Positions 58,962 through 64,000 of a stretch of DNA of 64,000 bases are shown in pieces. Source of the DNA: Candidatus Hydrogenedentota bacterium (lineage in GTDB: Bacteria > Hydrogenedentota > Hydrogenedentia > Hydrogenedentales > SLHB01); assembly GCA_963668025.2 (NCBI GenBank), contig CAXXTH010000023.1, positions 1 to 64,000 of the forward strand. The letters run 5' to 3'. The notes beneath the pieces are model-generated. The model was not told the DNA's origin and searched no databases. It saw nothing but the letters and a program-made list of their open reading frames with translations. A program made the position numbers and the translations under genes. Position 1 is the stretch's first letter, and each line of letters opens with the position of its first letter.

Positions 58962-61568
58962 TTGTTGGCGGGAGTGGTGGCGCTCTGCGCTTCCTTGCTT
59001 TACACGGGATTACCCCAGCGCAAAGCGTTGGAATGGGCCGCCGCCTGGGCCTTGGGAGCACAGCTTCGCACCACAGGCCTTCAATTTCTAGGCGGCCTGC
59101 GCGCCCAGGAGATTACATTCGGCCAGCCGGACGCCGAACCGCCCGTGGCGCGCATCGAAAATGCGCAGGCCGGCTACACGTTGTTTTCTGGCCAGCACCG
59201 CTTTATCACCAATGTCCGCACGGGCCCCATCTCCATCACCTTCCAAAACTCGAGCTCCGGCGGCGCAAACTACGATTTCTTGCAAACCTTTCTCGACAAG
59301 CCACGCGCATCGGAAAAGGGCGCTTCGCTGGCATTTATTCCACGGCAATGGGATGCAGGCCCCGTTTCCTTTTCCGCCTCCATGTCGGACTGGGGGCTCG
59401 AACTCTCCGGCCTGCAACTCTCTGGGGAAGCGCCTGATGAAGGCCCGCTCCGCGTGCAGTTTGACGGAGAGCATCTTGCCGGGCGCGGGTGGACGGCGCG
59501 CATCACCGGCGCGGATGCGGCCTTCACGGATGGCTCGGCCCACATTACCGCCGTTTATGGGGATGGCGGATTCACTCTCGATCCTTGTTATGTAAATCTG
59601 CCAGGGCTCGCCGATGCAAGCGTCGTGGGGCGTATCCGCCAGCAAGATGAAAACATGCGCATCGAATTCGATATTGACCGGATAGATGGCCATGGGCCTT
59701 ATCTGGCGGGCCTGCTGTCGCCTATTCTCGGTGCGCCCGTGTTGTTCGACGGCTTGCATATCGATGACACGCAGGTTTTCGGTTCCTACGGCCCAAGCGG
59801 CCTGCATGGCCTTTATGTCAATACCAATGTTTCCATTCAGAACATCCTCCTCGGCCCGCCCCAAGCGCCCTGGTTCAAGGGTGCGCTGGGATTGAATGGG
59901 CGCATCGAGGACAAGGGCGGCGCATTGAAGGCGGTCCTGAATCAAAGCCCGCCCATCCGTATCACCCTCGAGGGCGCACTCCCGGAGGCCGTGCTGAAGG
60001 CCCAATTTGCGGGCTGGACGCAGAAAGATTTGGCAATGCTATTGCCTGAATCGTTGCGCACAACACTCGATCCCGGCCCGGATGCGCGTATTCAGGCGTC
60101 GGCCAGCGTTGCATTGGAGAAAGATGCAGCTATGGTGGCCGTTGAGGCGGCCTGTGCGCAGGCCGCGCTCATGGGCCATCCTTTGCCTGGAAACGGTGCA
60201 ATTTTACTCAAAGGAGCGCTCCAGTGTGATGATGGATTCACGAAAATAATGCTTGAAAACCTCCAGCTCGATTGGCCCAACGCCCAATTGCAGCTTGCGG
60301 GCGGGCCGCTCGAGCGAAATCCCATTCGGTTCAACAGCCCATTTACGGCCTCATTCGATGTGTCGGCGCTCCCGGAAGGCTTGCTCGGATATCCGGTGCG
60401 CGGCGCGGCGGACATCACGGGGCAGGCTGAACTCGCCGCTTCTCACATCGGCATACGGCTCGACGCCGCCGTTTCGGGGCTGGGATATGGCGCTTTCGAC
60501 GCCTCGGTGTATTTCCCCTCGGTGAAGCTCGACGTCGCCATGCGCTATCAGCCTGGAAGCGGAATCGATATCCAGGCGCTCCATGCCGCCTGGGATGCCA
60601 GCGAAGGCATCCAGGCGAAGCCCTTCCGCGTTTCCCTGTCCCCTCTGGCATGGGACGCGCCTTTCACGCTGCAATCCGGCTGGACGCCGCTCGCCAATAG
60701 CCTGCCCATGGAAATCACTGGCGGCGGGCTTCAGGGCGCGGGTGCGTGCAGGAAAGACGGAGCGGGAACACGAATCGAGTTTGATGCACTGCGCGCCCAA
60801 TGGGACGCGTGCAGCTATGACAAAGGCGTCGTTCGCATGGGAAGTTTCGACGCCATGGCGAGCGAGCCGGTTACGTTCGTTCCGGCTATTGCTGGAAGCG
60901 GAACCTTGACGCTCGCCAGCGCCACGGCGGCCAAGGCCACCCTCAGCCAATTGCAGGGAACGTGGCGGTGCGATGCGGCGGGCATCGCATTCGAGGGCCT
61001 AAGCGCTATGCTTTTCAACGGCTCCGTATCCCTGGACGGCCGCATCGGCCTTCTCGAAGCCGGGCGTCCGGGCCGCATGCAGGCCACCTTCAAAGCCCTC
61101 GACCTCGCCCGTTTTACCCAGGAAGTGCAGCCGTCAGGCGTTAAGCTTGAAGGTTTGGCGGACGGGGACGCCTTGGCGGCATGGACTATGGAAGGGTTTC
61201 AAACCCTTGAACTTCATTTAATGGCTCCACAAGGCATCCGAGTTAACCGGGAGTTCCTCGAATGGCTGCTCATGTCCCAATATATGGCCAGCGAGAGTAT
61301 ATCGGACCGCACCATCCGAGCCGTGCGTGAAAGCGTTCTCGGCGGCGATGTCATGCGGCCTTTCGTGTATGCGGAAGCCCAGCTCAAACTTGAAGAGAAT
61401 GAATTTCGCGGCCCTCTTACCCTCAAGAGCGACGCCCTCTCGCTTACCATCGACCTCAGCATGGACCAAGCTTCTCTTTTGGATATTTTCGAGATTGGAA
61501 AACTGGGCGCCAGTTCCGATGATACAAATGTCCAATGGAACAACGGGGCCGGGGAAGCGCCTCAATAG
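58962..61568 (+). CDS. AsmA/YdbH-like beta-rich envelope protein
   Basis: N-terminal anchor, NYDFL, and repetitive amphipathic beta-strands (LSAMLFNGSVSLDG, LDLARFT...LEG.ADG). The start is uncertain. Confidence 0.55.
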   Translation: MLAGVVALCASLLYTGLPQRKALEWAAAWALGAQLRTTGLQFLGGLRAQEITFGQPDAEPPVARIENAQAGYTLFSGQHRFITNVRTGPISITFQNSSSGGANYDFLQTFLDKPRASEKGASLAFIPRQWDAGPVSFSASMSDWGLELSGLQLSGEAPDEGPLRVQFDGEHLAGRGWTARITGADAAFTDGSAHITAVYGDGGFTLDPCYVNLPGLADASVVGRIRQQDENMRIEFDIDRIDGHGPYLAGLLSPILGAPVLFDGLHIDDTQVFGSYGPSGLHGLYVNTNVSIQNILLGPPQAPWFKGALGLNGRIEDKGGALKAVLNQSPPIRITLEGALPEAVLKAQFAGWTQKDLAMLLPESLRTTLDPGPDARIQASASVALEKDAAMVAVEAACAQAALMGHPLPGNGAILLKGALQCDDGFTKIMLENLQLDWPNAQLQLAGGPLERNPIRFNSPFTASFDVSALPEGLLGYPVRGAADITGQAELAASHIGIRLDAAVSGLGYGAFDASVYFPSVKLDVAMRYQPGSGIDIQALHAAWDASEGIQAKPFRVSLSPLAWDAPFTLQSGWTPLANSLPMEITGGGLQGAGACRKDGAGTRIEFDALRAQWDACSYDKGVVRMGSFDAMASEPVTFVPAIAGSGTLTLASATAAKATLSQLQGTWRCDAAGIAFEGLSAMLFNGSVSLDGRIGLLEAGRPGRMQATFKALDLARFTQEVQPSGVKLEGLADGDALAAWTMEGFQTLELHLMAPQGIRVNREFLEWLLMSQYMASESISDRTIRAVRESVLGGDVMRPFVYAEAQLKLEENEFRGPLTLKSDALSLTIDLSMDQASLLDIFEIGKLGASSDDTNVQWNNGAGEAPQ

Positions 61569-61814
61569 GCATGGCGCCATTTTAAAGCATATGCGCCATG
61601 CATCCTGGCGGATGCGAAAAAATGGCGTTTTGGCCCAAAATAGCCCTGTTTCTACTATGCTGCATGCCGTGTTCGCCGCTTTGGACACGGGCATATATAT
61701 CCGTATACAATCCGGCTGGAGACTGCGTCCATTTTCCTTATGGGCGCCAGCGGCGCAGCTTCACACGGCGTTGAGAATGGGTGTCCGGTGCTGGCGCGCC
61801 AGGGAGAATACTCA

Positions 61815-63125
61815 ATGTCTGCAGCGGTTTTACGGGGCCTTGATCAGCGCAGTTCGGAGCAAGTTGTAGCAATTATCCTCGGCGGCGGCCGCGGCACTCG
61901 CCTGTTTCCCCTCACGCGGGAACGCGCCAAACCCGCCGTGCCGCTTGGCGGCCGTTATCGCCTTGTCGATATCCCCCTGAGCAACTGCATCAACTCGGGC
62001 ATTAACCGCATTTTTGTGCTGACCCAATTTAATAGCCGCTCTCTTCACCGGCATATTAATGAAACGTACAAGTTTGATGTGTTCTCGCGCGGCTTTGTCG
62101 AGGTGCTCGCTGCAGAACAAACGATGACCAGCGGCGATTGGTTCCAGGGCACTGCCGATGCTATCCGTCAAAACCTATGGCACCTGCGGAGCGCTGATTG
62201 CGACCATTATCTTATTCTTTCCGGCGACCACCTCTATCGCATGGATTACCGCGATTTTTTTCTGCGCCACATCGATACCGGGGCCGACATTTCGGTCTCC
62301 ACCATTCCGGTAACGCGCGAAGCGGCCAAGGGATTTGGCATCATGAAGGTGGAGCCCAATGGCCTCATATCGGAATTTGTCGAGAAGCCCCAAACCGATG
62401 AAGAACTGGAACACTTGAAGATGCCGCCGCAAGTCATGGCGGATTTTGGCCATGAGGCCCATGACGGGCGTGAATATCTTGCTTCCATGGGTGTTTATCT
62501 CTTCCGCCGTGAGGTGTTGAAGAAGCTCTTGGAAGAGCGCCGCGAATGGATCGATTTCGGCAAGCATGTCATTCCGGAATCCCTTGCCACGCACCGCGTG
62601 CATACGTACCTGTTTAATGGCTTTTGGGAAGACATCGGTACGGTGCAATCGTTCTACGACGTATCCATGCGGCTTCTCGAAGCCGATCCGCCGTTTCGTT
62701 TCCTCGAACCGGGCAAGCCGATCTATTCGAGGCCGCGTTATCTCCCCGGTTCAACGGTCGGTGACGCATCGATCTCCGCATCCCTTATTTGCGAAGGCTC
62801 CAACATCGAAGGCGCTCATATCGAGCACTCCATTATCGGTATTCGTTCCATCATCGGCTCTGGCGTCCATATCAAAGACAGCATCATGATGGGTGCGGAC
62901 TTCTACGGCGACAGCCATCCAGAAGGCAATATACCCATCGGCATCGCGAATAATTGCGTCATCGAGCATGCCATCGTGGATAAAAATGCTTGCATAGGCG
63001 AGGGATGCATCATTCGAGGCCGGGAAGGCCTGCCCCGCGTGGTTGAGGATAATTACGCCATCATCGACGGCATTGTGATTATCCTCAAAAACGCCTCGAT
63101 ACCTCCGGGGACGGTGATTGGATAG
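61815..63125 (+). CDS. glgC: glucose-1-phosphate adenylyltransferase
   Basis: [59 protein letters not shown] and WEDIGT. ATG 61815 follows AGGGAG. Confidence 0.97.
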   Translation: MSAAVLRGLDQRSSEQVVAIILGGGRGTRLFPLTRERAKPAVPLGGRYRLVDIPLSNCINSGINRIFVLTQFNSRSLHRHINETYKFDVFSRGFVEVLAAEQTMTSGDWFQGTADAIRQNLWHLRSADCDHYLILSGDHLYRMDYRDFFLRHIDTGADISVSTIPVTREAAKGFGIMKVEPNGLISEFVEKPQTDEELEHLKMPPQVMADFGHEAHDGREYLASMGVYLFRREVLKKLLEERREWIDFGKHVIPESLATHRVHTYLFNGFWEDIGTVQSFYDVSMRLLEADPPFRFLEPGKPIYSRPRYLPGSTVGDASISASLICEGSNIEGAHIEHSIIGIRSIIGSGVHIKDSIMMGADFYGDSHPEGNIPIGIANNCVIEHAIVDKNACIGEGCIIRGREGLPRVVEDNYAIIDGIVIILKNASIPPGTVIG

Positions 63126-63185
63126 TGGGTGCGTGGCATGGGCGTCCCGTCCAAGCGGGACGCCATTCCATGCCGCCACAACGGT

Positions 63186-64000
63186 TTATCCGGCGGCCTT
63201 GCGCATCTCGACGATCAACCGGGCGATTTCATCCCGTTTGGATTCGAGTAATTTGGGGTCGCGCGGGTACGAGACTAGGTCGGGCACAAGGGCCTTTATG
63301 CCTGCAGCCGTGCCAATGGCGCGGGTGAGTTCGGGCGCGTCCGGTTTAGTTTTGGCGAGTTTGCGCATGATTTCCTGAAACGCCACAAGGTAATCCACGT
63401 CCTCGATGCCATCGCGAATGATCTCCCATCGAATCGAATTGACGGGTCCGTTTTTGCCGGGATACACCAGGAAGCCGTTTCCATTCACGGGAGTGACATC
63501 GAGCTGGCTGCGGTAGGGGTCCACGCCCGGTGCGCTGGCGTTGATGTTGTTGTAATGGAAGCCTTTGACGCCGAGCGCCCAGGTTTGCCAGAACAAAATG
63601 CGGTGCTCGATACCCGCGAGGTCGATAAAAAAGTTGCCGTAAGGCCTGGCGGGCTCGTGGTTGACGAACCACCATACTTCGCCGCCCGATTGGATGCGTT
63701 CGAGGACAGGTTTGTTGTTGATGGTGTCCATAACGGGCAGATGGATGGCCCAGACGCCCATGGATTCGGGCAGGAAGGGGCTGAGGCCGTAGGTGGTGGC
63801 CATGATGGGGATATTCGGCGCAGTGGCGGCCCATTGCTGCATGCCCTCGAAGAGGCGCGGCCAGGCGGGCCGTGGGGGCATGTCCGCGATGGGGCAAAAG
63901 GCGATGGATTCGAGTTGTTGAGCGGCCACGAAGTCATTGGCCTGTTTGAGTTGTTCGGGGGCATCCAGGAGTGATGGCGGCACGGCGATAGTGGTTGCGC
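63186..64000 (-). CDS. DUF4091 (GH123-like C-terminal) domain protein, 5' end outside the window
   Basis: GEVWWF, NFFID, GFHY, NGNGFLVYPG..GPV.SIRWE..RDGIEDVDY. Confidence 0.72.
   Translation of the reverse strand, partial: ATTIAVPPSLLDAPEQLKQANDFVAAQQLESIAFCPIADMPPRPAWPRLFEGMQQWAATAPNIPIMATTYGLSPFLPESMGVWAIHLPVMDTINNKPVLERIQSGGEVWWFVNHEPARPYGNFFIDLAGIEHRILFWQTWALGVKGFHYNNINASAPGVDPYRSQLDVTPVNGNGFLVYPGKNGPVNSIRWEIIRDGIEDVDYLVAFQEIMRKLAKTKPDAPELTRAIGTAAGIKALVPDLVSYPRDPKLLESKRDEIARLIVEMRKAAG

Overview
GC-rich bacterial chromosomal window. The gene style (prepilin/H-X9-DG proteins, LRR and TPR proteins, Pro+TM+Arg C-terminal tails) suggests a Hydrogenedentota/PVC-like lineage, but this is inference only. 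Housekeeping genes (gldA, gpmI, mnmA, etfB/etfA, glgC, PP2C phosphatase, sensor proteins, glycosyltransferase and flippase) are interleaved with many insertion sequences and REP-like repeats. Two things stand out. (1) Two tandem cobalamin riboswitches (about 10320-10820, minus strand) head a three-gene operon with no BtuB/BtuFCD transporter. It encodes a secreted propeller-like protein and a BtuH-like protein, both with a similar C-terminal anchor, plus a translationally coupled type IV prepilin-like H-X9-DG protein. This is a candidate pilin-associated B12 capture system. (2) A nested mobile-element stack can be rebuilt base by base. A MITE-like element carries a perfect 25-bp hairpin whose loop is targeted by an IS4/IS50-like element. 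That element is interrupted by a 1822-bp IS and an IS1380-like IS, and is split by a 13.3-kb inversion shown by swapped target-site duplications. A second remnant of a similar stack truncates a SIR2-domain gene at 4.1-5.9 kb. No rRNA, tRNA or CRISPR array was recognised.
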